A stretch of DNA of 64,000 nucleotides. Origin: Octopus sinensis (lineage: Eukaryota). Shown here in pieces: positions 1 through 13,007 of this stretch; position 1 is the stretch's first letter, and every line of letters starts with the position of its first letter. The translations under genes were made by a program, and so were the position numbers. The DNA lies in contig NC_042998.1 of assembly GCF_006345805.1 (NCBI RefSeq), positions 160,208,001-160,272,000 of the forward strand. Direction: 5' to 3'. The notes below the pieces were generated by a model, which was not told where the DNA came from, searched no databases, and saw only the letters and a list, made by a program, of their open reading frames with translations.

Positions 1-250
1 AACCACTCCGTGAGTGTAGTGGGTGCTTTTTACGTGCCACCTGCACAGGTGCCAGGCGAGGCTGGCAACGGCCACGGTCGGATTGGTGTACTTTATGTGC
101 CACCGGCACGGAAGCCAGTCGAGGCGGCGCTGGCATCGGCCACGAGTCGGATAGTGCTTTTTATGTATCACCAGACCAGGGATCCTGGCTGGTTCAATTC
201 GATTTCGATTTCGCTTTCGCTTGCCCCAACATGTCTTCACAAGCAAAGGG
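1..250 (-). mobile_element. 3' UTR fragment of the RTE LINE family, with tandem-repeat units
   Basis: Matches 29260-29700 inside the RTE element, including repeated GGTGCTTTTTACGTGCCACC units. Confidence 0.8.
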
Positions 251-299
251 GGTTGGCATGGGTGCCTGTCGTCGGATGAGGTTCTATATCGACTTCGCT

Positions 300-438
300 T
301 GAAATATAATATATATATGATATATAATATATACATGATATATATAATATATACATGATATATATATATACATGATATATATAATATATACATGATATAT
401 ATAATATATACTATATATATAATATATATATGATATAT

Positions 439-490
<52 letters not shown>

Positions 491-606
491 TATATATATA
501 TATGATATATATAATATATAATATATACTATATATATATACTATATATATATAATATATATATATATATATACATGATATATAATATATACTATATATAT
601 ATATAT
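300..606. repeat. (TA)n-derived satellite with ATACATGATATATATAAT units
   Basis: Direct inspection. It explains the I/Y-rich ORFs. Confidence 0.95.
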
Positions 607-843
607 TATGCATCGATAAATGAGATAATGTTGAATAAGGCCTTGATGTATGCCAAAAATAAAGTAGGAATGACGATGGAGGAAATTAAGGTAGTCCAAA
701 TGGTAAGGAAATCACTTATAAAATACAATAATAAATTATGGGCTAGAAAGGACACAAGGGAGTACTTTGATGTACCTATGGGAGTACCGGACTCAGCACA
801 GGTAACCGACCTGGCTGGGATCTACTTACTTTCCGAATTAAAA
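607..843 (+). pseudogene. Penelope-like element reverse transcriptase fragment
   Basis: Translation YASI...RKSLIKYNNKLWARK...FDVPMGVPDSAQVTDLAGIYLL resembles the PLE RT motifs YPSI and FDVxMGSxDxAxVxxLVGLYIL. Confidence 0.75.
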
Positions 844-1314
844 TTAGAAAATTGTCTGTAGCCTCAGACAAATTTAAGCCTTGTGAATGGATTTGGTAGA
901 TGGAAAATTAAAGAAGCCCATTGTATATATATATATAGACACTCACACACACACATATATATATGTATGTATTTGTGTGTCTGTGTTTGTCCCCCCCCTC
1001 ACCATCACTATCGTTTGTCCCCCCCCTCACCATCACTATCGTTTGTAATATTCTCTGAAAACATATCTTGTCACAGGGAAACATTTCATGCTTGGTAACA
1101 TGTCAGGGTTTGTAATGAGAAGTGCATCTAGCCATTGAAAGCCAGTATATGCAAGTATAGCATGTTGATATGACATTGATGATGATGATGATGATGACGA
1201 CAATGATGATATATATTTGTAGATATACACACACACATGCGTATATATATGTATATACATACACACACATGTATTTATTGTATATATTTCTATGCATAAA
1301 CATGTGTATATGCA

Positions 1315-1346
<32 letters not shown>

Positions 1347-1986
1347 TATATATATATATTATATATATATATATAGTAAATAAAAACTGTTGATAATAAA
1401 ATGAATAGAAAATAACCAAATGCATTTATGACATTTTAACATAAAAAATAGCAAATGCATTATGTCCATGTAATAAGTCAATATACTTCCAAGATTTTTT
1501 TTTTTGCTTTGTAACTATAGTTCTTCTCATGGAATACCTTTACTTGTGTCTTTGTTACTAATGTTTCCCCATATTTTTCTACATCTCTTGTGCATCCTTA
1601 TGGACACCCCCTACCGATAAAACACCCCCTACCCCCCGAAACAAGTGAAGTTCAAACCAAACCAAGCCAACCTAAATCATGTTGATGTTTGATACATAAT
1701 TCTTTCAGTAAATTTTGAAACATCTGCTTATGTTCTGATTATTCCATTGCTCTAGGTACATCATTCTCTCTGCCTTGTTAGCAGATTGGTTTATGCGATC
1801 TGGTTGTTAATCACATCTACCAGTGCTCACATTTAAGCCGTACATTCTTATGTGTGTGTGTACACTGAAGTTGATTAGATATATATATTCATTCAGGGAA
1901 ATAGATGTAAAAAGGACAGAAAACACAACTACGATTTCTTTAATTGGCATCTATCTATCTATCTATCTAAACATGCACATGCATAC

Positions 1987-2044
<58 letters not shown>

Positions 2045-2514
2045 ACACCCACTCAAAAATATGTGTATGTGTACTGCATTTGACTTTTTAGTGTTTCTAA
2101 AGGTTATCTAGGAAGAACGCTTGAACTTGTGTCTTTCTCACACACCTTTGTACTGTTGCCAGACTCTCTGGTTTTGAACTTGCGTTTTTAGATATTCTTT
2201 TGTATGTAAGGTATTATTTTTTTATGCATATCTTTTTATATACAAATATGTATATGATGTTATAGATATATATATGTATATATGATTTCTGTGCATGCTT
2301 GTATGATTGCTGTATATGCGATAATGGTATTTTGCTTTTTGCAGGTATGCTAGTATATAATGTTTTTATTCATTACATTTGTTTCTCCATGTAGAAATGA
2401 GTCTGGGTTGTAATTTATTTAGCAAAGAAACAGTAGAACATCAGGTAAGGTTTGAAAATGAAAATAAAATAAATGAGATAAGGCAAAACATACTTTAGAC
2501 TCTGCCAAACATTT

Positions 2515-2561
<47 letters not shown>

Positions 2562-2837
2562 GCTTATGTGTGGAATATTGTTTTCTTATTATTTAAAAAA
2601 CTATACATCACTACTGATGAAAAAAATGCCAAGCTTTTGCTGTATTTAATTATTCCAGGCAGCCAAAATAAATGGGAACACATGCTTTGTATTTTTTGTT
2701 ATCCTTATTGATGATATCCAATAAGGGAAACTACTGTGTAATTACTATCTGAACAAAATATTTAAACACCAAGAAGAAAACGTGAATAACCTGTGTGTGT
2801 TTGTCTGTCTGTCTGTCTGTCTCTGTCTCTCTCTCTG

Positions 2838-3018
2838 CCGGTGGCACGTAAAAAGCACCCACTACACTCTCAGAGTGGTTGGCATTAGGAAGGGCATCCA
2901 GCTGTAGAAACTCTGCCAGATCAAGATTGGAGCCTGCTGCAGCCATCTGGTTCGCCAGCCCTCAATCAAAATCGTCCAACCCATGCTAGTATGGAAAGCA
3001 GACGTTAAACGATGATGA

Positions 3019-3023
<5 letters not shown>
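2838..3023 (+). mobile_element. RTE-family 3' tail ending in (GAT)n
   Basis: Nearly identical to 33630-33818. Confidence 0.85.
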
Positions 3024-3075
<52 letters not shown>

Positions 3076-3142
3076 AGAGAAGGAGAGAGAGAGAGAGAAA
3101 GAGAGAAAGAGAAGGAGGGAGAAGGAGAGAGAGAGAGAGAGA

Positions 3143-3356
3143 GTAAAGGGTAAAGACCTCCTTTGGTCATGAATGACCATGGGATTGCACCTAGAAAGTT
3201 CCTCTCTGAAGCACAAATCCAGGCAAGGTTGTTTATGGAAGACCAGCAGTCACCTTTGCATTTCGGTCACCTCTTTCGTCACCACTGATGTTCAAGGGAA
3301 AGGCAAAGGCTGATACAACTAGGCACGAGTGACATGTATGTTTGTGTGTGGGTGTG

Positions 3357-3419
<63 letters not shown>

Positions 3420-3473
3420 AGAGAGAAGAGAGAGAGAGAAGAGAGAGAGAAGAGAGAGAGAAGAGAGAAGAGA

Positions 3474-3507
<34 letters not shown>

Positions 3508-3730
3508 TAAAGGGTAAAGACCTCCTTTGGTCATGAATGACCATGGGATTGCACCTAGAAAGTTCCTCTCTGAAGCACAAATCCAGGCAAGGTTGTTTAT
3601 GGAAGACCAGCAGTCACCTTTGCATTTCGGTCACCTCTTTCGTCACCACTGATGTTCAAGGGAAAGGCAAAGGCTGATACAACTAGGCACGAGTGACATG
3701 TATGTTTGTGTGTGGGTGTGTATATATATA
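3143..3730 (+). repeat. Tandem duplication (period about 364 bp) of a 220-bp SINE-like core plus (TA)n/(GA)n
   Basis: Cores at 3143-3365 and 3507-3730 appear identical; only the flanking microsatellites differ. Confidence 0.9.
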
Positions 3731-3835
3731 TATATATATGATATATATATATCATCATCATCATCATCATATATAATTATATGATGATGATGATGATGAT
3801 ATATATATATATATATCATCATCATCATATCATAA

Positions 3836-3866
<31 letters not shown>

Positions 3867-3880
3867 TATATATATATATA

Positions 3881-5120
3881 CTAGCAGTATCGCCCGGCGT
3901 TGCTTGGGTTTGTTTCGACCCGCTGGAATTGTAATTTTGAAAAGTAAAAATTTTGTGAACATTTTTCTGGTCGAAATACACCAAAAAGTGGCGACACAGC
4001 AGTGAAAAAATCGTAAAAAATAGGGATTTTCATAGAAAAAAGCAGCTTCTTGATGTAAATAATTTTTGGTGTTAACATGGTCCGATTTGAATTTTATGTT
4101 CTACGGAAGGAAGAGCAACCCTTCTTCTATCATACTCTCAATTTCATTAGCTTACAATTTCTTCCTGTCAACAATTGACAACAGAAGTACGCTCGCCAAT
4201 TAATACTACCAAAATTTAACGACAGAAGGTAAATTAAAAACCAATTTACCTTTTCTGTATTGTTATGGCAATTCGACCGTCGGTGTGTTTTTGCAAATGT
4301 GTTCGAATGAGAAGTGAGTTGTGTTTGGCGCCTTTTTTACTAATAACAAACACACACGTGTTTGTATGTAGTTGTTTGAAACGTTTGTGTTTGTCACTGT
4401 CATATATGTATGTGTATGCGTGTGTGTGAGGAATGGCAAACCAGATAGATAGCGCGCAAAGTTCTTTTGAAGTTCGCGCTCCGCTTGTGTGTGTGTGTGT
4501 GTGCGTGCTTTAGGTGTACAAAAAACAATACAGAAAAGGTAAATTGGTTTTTAATTTACTTTCTGTCGTTAAATTTTGGTAGTATTAATTGGCAAGCGTA
4601 CTTCTGTTGTCAATTGTTGACAGGAAGAAATTGTAAGCTAATAAGGTGTGTGTGTGTAGGAAGTGAAGGATAAAAATATTGCAAGAAGTGGACAGATGTA
4701 CATATATACATCCATACATACATGTGTGTGTGTGTCTATGTATATGTATTAATGTGTGTGTGTTATCTCTATATGAAGCTGAAGTTGTCTGTGTGCACCA
4801 TGTTTGGTAACCTTCAACTAACACTATCTCCTCCGAGACCCTGCGGCGCAAGTTGACCAAAATTGAGAGTATGATAGAAGGGTTGCTCTTCCTTCCGTAG
4901 AACATAAAATTCAAATCGGACCATGTTAACACCAAAAATTATTTACATCAAAATGCTGCTTTTTTCTATGAAAATCCCTATTTTTTACGATTCTTTTACT
5001 GCTGTGTCGCCACTTTTCGGTGTATTTCGACCAGAAAAATGTTCACAAAATTTTTACTTTTCAAAATTACAATTCCAGCGGGTCGAAACAAACCCAAGCA
5101 ACGCCGGGCGATACTGCTAG
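3881..5120. mobile_element. Helitron-derived segment with a 3' terminus (hairpin + CTAG) at both ends in inverted orientation
   Basis: CTAGCAGTATCGCCCGGCGTTGCTTGGG at 3881 and its reverse complement ending at 5120. Inverted arms 3881-4144/4859-5120 and 4146-4264/4524-4642. Confidence 0.8.
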
Positions 5121-5151
5121 TATATATATATATATATATAATATATATATA

Positions 5152-5186
<35 letters not shown>

Positions 5187-5399
5187 GATATGATGATGAT
5201 GATATATATATATATATCATCATATAGGTATGTGTACTCTCTCTGTCTCTTTACACACACTAACAAAAGCACTTCACTTACACACCACACTTTCTGTGTC
5301 GCACATCCCATCAAACACACACACACACACACACACACGCACTCACGCATGCACACATGTACATCAATGCTTTCGGAGTGAAATGTTAAAATATTGAGT

Positions 5400-5878
5400 T
5401 TTCTCGAATTTTGTCTTAATTGGGGGTGAAATTGAAAGAAATTTTGTATGGCATGACCGAATGGAAGTACTTTGAAAAATCATAGGTAAACTCTAATTGA
5501 AGAAATTGTGTGAGGAGTAAATCGTTATGTATTTATTTGCTTCTGTTTGCTGTGTTTTTTTTTTTAGTAGTGGTTTAAGGTACACTTGCAAAGAGAAAGT
5601 GGGAGAAATTAGGGTGATAGCGTGAGTGAAGCAGATCGCTCCGTTTTTGTGTGTGTGCTGTAGCCCACACTAAGAAAAGCACTTCACTTACACACCACAA
5701 TGTGAGTTTTCTCTAAATTTTGCTTAATTGGGGTTGAAATTTTAAAAACCGGACCTGGCACGACCCGATGCATTCTACTCTTAAAAATGCTAGGTAAATT
5801 GTAATTGAAGAAATCCTATATTGTAGATTTCTATAAGAGACAAAGGGAGGCAGATAAAATCTGCCTTTTATAATAAGA
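5400..5878 (-). mobile_element. 5' part of a non-autonomous Helitron
   Basis: 5640-5878 matches 7095-7347 and the reverse complement of 33822-34075. Confidence 0.75.
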
Positions 5879-7348
5879 CTAGCAGTATCGCCCGGCGTTG
5901 CTCGGGTTTGTAAGGGAAATAACTATATAAGCATTTTTAGAGAGTTATAGCCAAAAAGTAGGAAAAAAATGCATTAAAAATGGAAAAAAAATTAAGGTAA
6001 ATTTCTTTTTAAATCGTTGACACATCGTAGATATTTTTAGAGAGTTACTTCCCTTATATAATAGCGAAAAAAATGCATTAAAATGGAAAAATATGATGGT
6101 AAATTTTTTTAAATCGTAGACTCATCGTAGACGCGCGCTAATACCCAGAAGGGCTCGATATGACTCACGACTATAAGATACCCGGTTTTGGTTACACTGC
6201 ACCGCAAAATGTGGGAGTAGTTAGGAATCTAAATCGTAGGAGACAGACACACAACTTCACTCTTATATATAAAGATATAAGTCACGTAGTTATATACACA
6301 TACTTTGTTATATACACATTCTTAAAAGAAAATGTTATTTTGAACACAACATTTATAAAGAATAAAATATTTTTGGTTTTTCTTAACCCTTTCGTTACTA
6401 TATTTCTGACCAAAATACACCCCTTATGTGTTTCAATTAATTTCTAACGTAATCATAAATTTAGTCTGGTTTCATTAAACAACAATAACTTTTTTATTTA
6501 TGAATATATTAATCTGATTTTTGGAAGATAATTTAGTGAAATGTTCTCAACCAATTCTATACTATAATTTTTGTCACAAAGTGACTCTAATTGCAGGTAG
6601 ATACAGGTAAATTCAACAATATATAAAATTATTAAAATTTTGTTCAAACATCGCTATAGAAAATGGGTTATTAGCTAATATTCAATTGGGTATACAACAA
6701 AATTTTACGATAGAATTTGTTATTCTAGGTAACTTTCTGATACCCATAATAATATTTATGGCAAAATAGGCCTTAATTTCATTTAAGGTTGTGGGAAATA
6801 AACTATCGTTTCTTTCGTTTTGTTTACGTTTAGTGTAACGGTTCGTTTCTGCCGTAATAGGCTCATTCGAAAAAGTAAATAGAAATAGTTTAAGGCTTTA
6901 CTCTTCTGGGAAAGTCTGTGGCTTGGTGCAGTTTCTTCAGAAAAATCACCGAAAGAAACAGTTTTTAAATTTTCACTCCATTCAGGTACCAATTCATTTT
7001 CTTAATCGCTGTCGGATTCACTGTTTTCACTTTAATAGCTGCCAACTTGCAAAGACAAAAGAGGAGAAGGGTGATAGCGTCAGTGAAACAATTCGCTCCG
7101 TTTGTGTGTGTGTGCGTTTGCGTGTGGTGTAAGCCACACTAAGAAAAACATTTGACATATACACCACAATGTGAGTTTTCTGTAAATTTTGCTTAATTGG
7201 GGTTGAAATTTTAAAAAGTGGACCTGGCACGACCCGATGCATTCTACTCTTAAAAATGCTAGGTAAATTGTAATTGAAGAAATCCTATATTGTAGATTTC
7301 TATAAGATACAAAGGGAGGCAGATAAAATCTGCCTTTTATAATAAGAG

Positions 7349-7349
<1 letters not shown>
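5879..7349 (-). mobile_element. Non-autonomous Helitron
   Basis: On the minus strand it starts TC (7349-7348) after an A and ends with hairpin CCCGAGCAACGCCGGG + CTAG (5882-5879). Its ends are shared with 33820-34996. Confidence 0.8.
6721..7040 (-). pseudogene. piggyBac-family transposase N-terminal fragment inside the Helitron
   Basis: ESDSD*...W...FSEETAPSH...ALNYFYLLF, then a frameshift, then ITAETNRYTK...TTLNEIKAYFAINIIMGIRKLPRI, typical piggyBac/PGBD motifs. A TTAA-CCCTTT terminus lies at 6383. Confidence 0.8.
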
Positions 7350-7380
<31 letters not shown>

Positions 7381-10269
7381 TTATGCTCAACAATGCATAA
7401 ATCAGTAGTGCTGAAATTAATTCAAATATTATATATTGCAGTTTTTCTTATTTATGGTAGATATCTTTTAATTTGTGTTGAGCAGTAAAAAGCACAAATA
7501 TGCAAATTAGGTTATCCATCTATATTACTAGTCTGATTCATGAATGCTTTGTTTGTTAACAATTGATGTATGGTTTTGATGAGAGAGGGAAGCTGGGAAT
7601 GTCTTTGCCGAAGAGCTGTCAAGAAACCATGAGACAGTCCATCAGAAGATAGTATAAATGTCATTATCATTTTAATGTCCACTTTTTCATGCTTGTGTGT
7701 AGATGTATATGTAAATGTTTAGATTAATGTAACTGAGGTTATTAATCTAAAGCAAGTTTTAGAATAACAAAGGAATATTTATTGATAGATACAGACTCAA
7801 TGCTGGGAACAGTCAAATCATTTGGAAAGCTAGTTTTCACTGGAACAGTAAAGTGTGATCCAATTGAAGTGGGATGCAAAGTTTGGAGTACAGACCTACA
7901 GAGCCTACATCATGTTGAACATCATAGAGGTCCGCAGTTGGAAGGGCATGAAGTTGGCTATTGAGGCAACAAAAGTTGCTTCAAGGTGGGGTTTTGGTCA
8001 ATTCTAGCTAAGTTGCCTAAGTGATGGTGCCTGTTGAAAGACCAGAAGCACCCAATGATACAAGGAGATATTATGAGGATTTGTCCAGGTGCACTTCCTC
8101 ATTATTATTATTGAATTCAATTTCTGCCAGGGTTGACTTTACCTTTCATCCTTCTGGCGTTGATAAAATAATTATTAGTTTAGTACTGGGGTCTATGTAA
8201 TCAACTATCCCCCTCTCCAAAATTTCAGGTCTTTTGCCTATAATAGAAAGGATTATTATTATTATTATTATTTGGACAGTAGTTGGCAGGCCTATTTGAG
8301 AACTGGACAAAATACCTTGTGGTATTTATTCCAGCTTTTTCTTTTATCTTCAAATCCACCCCTGAGATCAGCTTTGGTTTTCATCCCTCCAGAGTCAATA
8401 AAATTAGGTCTGGGGTTAATTTAATAGACCAATCTCTTCTTTCCAAACTTTTGCCCTTGTGCCTTTGTTAGAAACACCAACAACAGCCTCTGCTACTGCT
8501 TCCACCACCACTATTTGTTCTATGTTAGTAATTTTCCTGTCATCCATGTAATATGAAGTCTTAGATCAACAAGTTTACAAATTGTGATACTTGTTGGGTG
8601 AATCAGGGCAGAATATGGAATCATTAACAAAACGAAACACACACACACACACAAAAATAGCATGGGGGCAGATATAGATTGGTCATCTCTTCATTCCATC
8701 TTCATCCTCTTATGACCCTTGTTCCCACGAAAGAAAATTAAATAAAAAGACACAAAACGAAATACATATAACAATAAAATAACAAACAACAGAGGAATCT
8801 TTTTGGTTTTTTCCCCACCTAGTTTTAATGGAGTTTTCTGTAAATTGAATAGAATAAAAGTAATGCCAAACAACTTGAACAAAAGAAAACAAAAGTAATG
8901 ATGTAACAGAAACTGAAGGAGGTATTTGAATAGCTGATAATTAGAAGAGCCTGCTTAGGATAGATTTATATGTATTTTTGCTTAATATATAACAATAAAT
9001 AAATAACTAAAATAACCAGTGTTTGAGTTTGCATGATTGCTATCACCACAAGCTGGGTATTCAGGTTTTTACTGTATATTGGTTTGTTTTTTATCCAGCT
9101 TTATTGACTATACATGTGAATGCTGGAGCCAATTTTCAAAACTATTTGTCTTTGATACCCACCTGAAATCCATGTGTGATAAGGATCTGAATAATATTCA
9201 GTCCTTTGTCACCTTTGGTTTCTATTCTTCTCTTGTTTGTCTTCTCTCATCTTATACAATATCATCTTACCTGTTTTCCTAGATCTCTCTCTCTTTTTTT
9301 AATTATTTTTATTCCATTACTCAGTATCCATCTACCTTACTCTATTCTGTTTTACTGTCTCTATAGAATTCTATTGAAATGGATATAATGCTAACTTTGT
9401 GTATAAATGCGACAATTTAGAGGTTTTCATAAACCTACATCATTGCATGGAAGTGTCAACATACATACACATACTGGCATGTTTACAATGTGCATACAGG
9501 TGCACGCACATGCACACACATTTACACATGCACATACAGGCACAATCAAACATATGCAAGCATACTTCTACACATGCACACACAATGTTGGGTCCTATAT
9601 TGCCCATGAGGTTTTCTTTGGTTTTATAATGATAAAATGTTGTCCTTTCTCTTCTGTCTTCCATAATTTATTTTCTCTCTATTTGAATTACTATTGTGAA
9701 GATGTACATTATTGTAAAGCTTGTAAAAGAACTAAATCTAGATTTCAATGTTTATTCATTTATTTACTTAATTTTTGTAAAATATGACAAAGGAGGTACA
9801 ATGGCTTTTATCAAGGGAGACAGTTTTAAAGCTGAAGTTTCATGAAGTAGTAGGGAGGTAGCAGATAAAACAGTAGGAGAGATGACACAAGGAAAAAAAT
9901 GTAAAGGATATAAAATTTGTATTTTAGTTTGTTTAAATCCTGGTAAAATCTAATCAGAAACAACCATTAGGGAAGAGTAACTTATATTAAATATCTAAAT
10001 GTTAAATTTCTTATAATTTCCATTTGTGCATATTTACAGTATTTATATTACACTATGTTTCAGTTAATTTAATCTCTAATTATCATCAGGTATTTTATTC
10101 TTGGATGTATTTGTTGTCCCAGATTGTATTTGAACTTGGAACATTTATTTCTTAATTTTATTTCTTGAGGATCTGAATAGAGGAGGAAGCAGTTGTAGAA
10201 TTGACAGAGACTCCGCTGTGTACATAGTGTGCATGCATGTTATGCTTTCAGAATCTCAGTCGTGATGGG

Positions 10270-10790
10270 CAAGCTTGGCTGGGAGGATTTTCTTGAGCAA
10301 TGCATATTTCCAGTTATCTCAGTCCTTTGTCATTTCTTCCATGATTCTCACCATTCTGAGTTCCATCTACTGTGAGTGAATGACACTTCTCTCATACAAC
10401 TATCCTCATTCATATACTTCACATGTGCACACTAACACAGTCTTCTCTCTTGCACACATTTGATTCCACTTATACTCATTTTTGCTCTCAACACATCTAT
10501 ACTTTATTGATCATTCCATTGATCTCATACATAGCATATCCAGTGGAGAATACTTGCTTTATTTCTTTCTACTCTTTGCTCGTCCTCCACATTTTGAACC
10601 CATATCTTACTACCATGTAGAATTGCTGTTCGTATGCAATCATTGTACCTTTCGCTCTGAAAGGGAAACTTTTTTGAGTAAAGGTAATAGATCCCTGAAT
10701 ATTTTCCATCCTGTTTCTATTCTTGCTTTGAGAATATTCTCCACAGCTCCTGATTAGGTCACCTGAATAACAGAAGTTAGGTTATCCTCC
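10270..10790 (-). mobile_element. Old, decayed RTE LINE 3' fragment
   Basis: Minus strand gives CIRTAILHGSKIW...RNKASILHWIC, homologous to CVRTAMLHGSETW...RNEASMLRWMC in the 29-32 kb RTE. Confidence 0.7.
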
Positions 10791-10906
10791 TGAGCATTTG
10801 AGGGTGTCTGTTTTCCTTGTGCTCTTGGAGTTTATTAAAGTGCAGATGCAATATTCAAAATTTGCTTTCTCTGTTAACTTGAGTGTGAGTCTATTCCAAT
10901 TGATAG

Positions 10907-10959
<53 letters not shown>

Positions 10960-11399
10960 TAAAAGAGAAAGTTGGATACTAAGTTAGAAGGATAAATACA
11001 TATACAGAGGAAGGAAAGAAGAAGGGAAGAAGGGGAGAGAGAGAAAATAAGGGGAAAAAGTGAAGGATATGTAAAGTGAGATAGTGGGGAGGGAAAGAAA
11101 AGAAGTATGATTAAATAGTACTGAAAGAAAATGGGTTGGTTTCGTTTGTTGGCATACAAAATTTAAGGAAAATTAATGAAAAGTAGTGAATTAAAATGTT
11201 CAAGAATTTGGAGAGTAGGATGGGGGTGAAATGAACCAGGTGTTAAGGTGTGGTTGAGAATTTTAGCAGTGAATGGAATTAGTGGTATTTGGCCAAGAAG
11301 ATGTGGTGTCAAGGTGCTTTGAGCTAAATAATGATAATCTTTTCTACTAAAAGCAGAAGGCCTTAAATTTTGAGGGAGATGACTAGTTGATTAGACAAG

Positions 11400-11727
11400 A
11401 TTGGACGATTTGACTGAGGACTGGCGAGCCAGATGGCTGCACCAGGCTCCAATCTGATCTGGCAGAGTTTCTACAGCTGGATGCCCTTCCTAACACCAAC
11501 CACTCCAAGAGTGTAGCGGGTGCTTTTATATGCCACCGGCATGAGTGCCAGTCAGGCAGTACTGACAATGGCCACGCTCAAATGGTGTTTTTTACATGCC
11601 ACCTGCACAAGAGCCAGTCCAGCAGCACTGGCAATAACCTCGCTCAAATATTGTTTTTCATGTGCTACTGGTACAAGTGCCAGTAAGGCGATGCTGGTAA
11701 CGATCACACTTGAATGGTGCTTTTTAC

Positions 11728-11730
<3 letters not shown>
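11400..11730 (-). mobile_element. RTE-family 3' tail with tandem-repeat units
   Basis: Homologous to 29160-29560. Confidence 0.75.
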
Positions 11731-11793
<63 letters not shown>

Positions 11794-11902
11794 CATAATC
11801 ATCATCATCGTTTAACGTCCGCTTTCGATGATGATGATATGTGGTTGGAGGTCATAACACCCAGGTAACACCAGGATGCATTGCTAGTGTGTATATATAT
11901 AT

Positions 11903-12261
11903 CTTTTACTTATTTCAGTCATTAGACAGCAACCATGCTGGGGTACTACGTGAAGAAGTCGTAGGTGATTGAATGAAACCCAGTACTTTTTTTATAAATC
12001 TGGTACTTATTCTATTAGTCTCTGCTGCTGACCCTGCTAAGTTACAGAGATATAAACACACCTACACCGGTTGTCAATAAGTGGTGGGGAACACACACAC
12101 GATAAGCTTCTTTCAGTTTCCATCTACCAAATCCACTCACCAGACTTTGGTTGGCCTGAGCCTATAGTAGAAGACACTTGCCCATAGTGCCATGCAGTGG
12201 GACTAAACTCAGAACCTTGTGGTTGGGAGATAAGTTTCTTAGCATACAGTGATGCCTGCAC

Positions 12262-12319
<58 letters not shown>

Positions 12320-12478
12320 CGATGAGCTTCTTTAAGTTTCCATCTGCCAAGTTCACTCACAAGGCTTTGGTTGGCCTGGGGATATAGTAGCAGATACTTG
12401 CCCAAGGTTCCACAAAGTGGGACTGAACCTGGAGCCATGTGATTGAGAATCAGACTTATTACCACACAGCCATGCCTG
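11903..12478 (-). mobile_element. tRNA-derived SINE family 1: a near-full copy (11903-12262) and a partial copy (12312-12478)
   Basis: Homologous to 28681-29100. Confidence 0.8.
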
Positions 12479-12713
12479 TATATATATGTATATTTAAAAC
12501 CTTTAATAAAGATGGCTGTTGAAGTTGCCAGTGTTGCCTAAGTAAGCATTTATAAATGTTTATGACACCTAAGTAAAAAAATTACTCCCCACTCTCTCTC
12601 TCCCCTCTCTCTTGTGTGTGTATTAAACATTGCATAAAAGCATTAAACTCTTTGAATTGTCCTATGAATTTTATAACTGCATACAAAATCTCATTAAAGA
12701 AAATATGCAACCT

Positions 12714-12945
12714 TTAATCCTTTAACATTTACATTTCTATGTCAAATGTAATGCTTGATTATTTATTCTCATTGTTTCAAATTAATGATGCATTATCTCT
12801 TCACTTTGAGAACTTGATGATGTGACTGTTAATTTTTAGCATGACATTGTAGGACTGGTGTGAGAGGTCAGATCTAGTTCATTTGAGCATAAACCAAGTA
12901 GGATATATTAGCTGGATATGGCCAGTTCAGATGCTGAAGGGTTAA
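12714..12945 (+). mobile_element. About 230-bp MITE with TTAA-CCC...GGG-TTAA ends (piggyBac-type)
   Basis: Ends TTAATCCTTTAACATT / ATGCTGAAGGGTTAA. Other copies at 40354, 42472 and 61315. Confidence 0.65.
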
Positions 12946-13007
12946 GCAAGACTATTATTATTAGTTTGAAATTAATTATTTGTAACTTTAAAAGTAAAAA
13001 TGACAGT

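Noticed and set aside
7782-8070. GC-richer island with a 60-aa ORF
   Set aside because: No recognisable motif or splice structure; probably an unidentified TE relic.
10252-10371. Apparent 120-nt exon (ISVVMGKLGWEDFLEQCIF..., ag/gtgagt)
   Set aside because: Most of it aligns to the antisense 3' end of a decayed RTE LINE (10270-10790).
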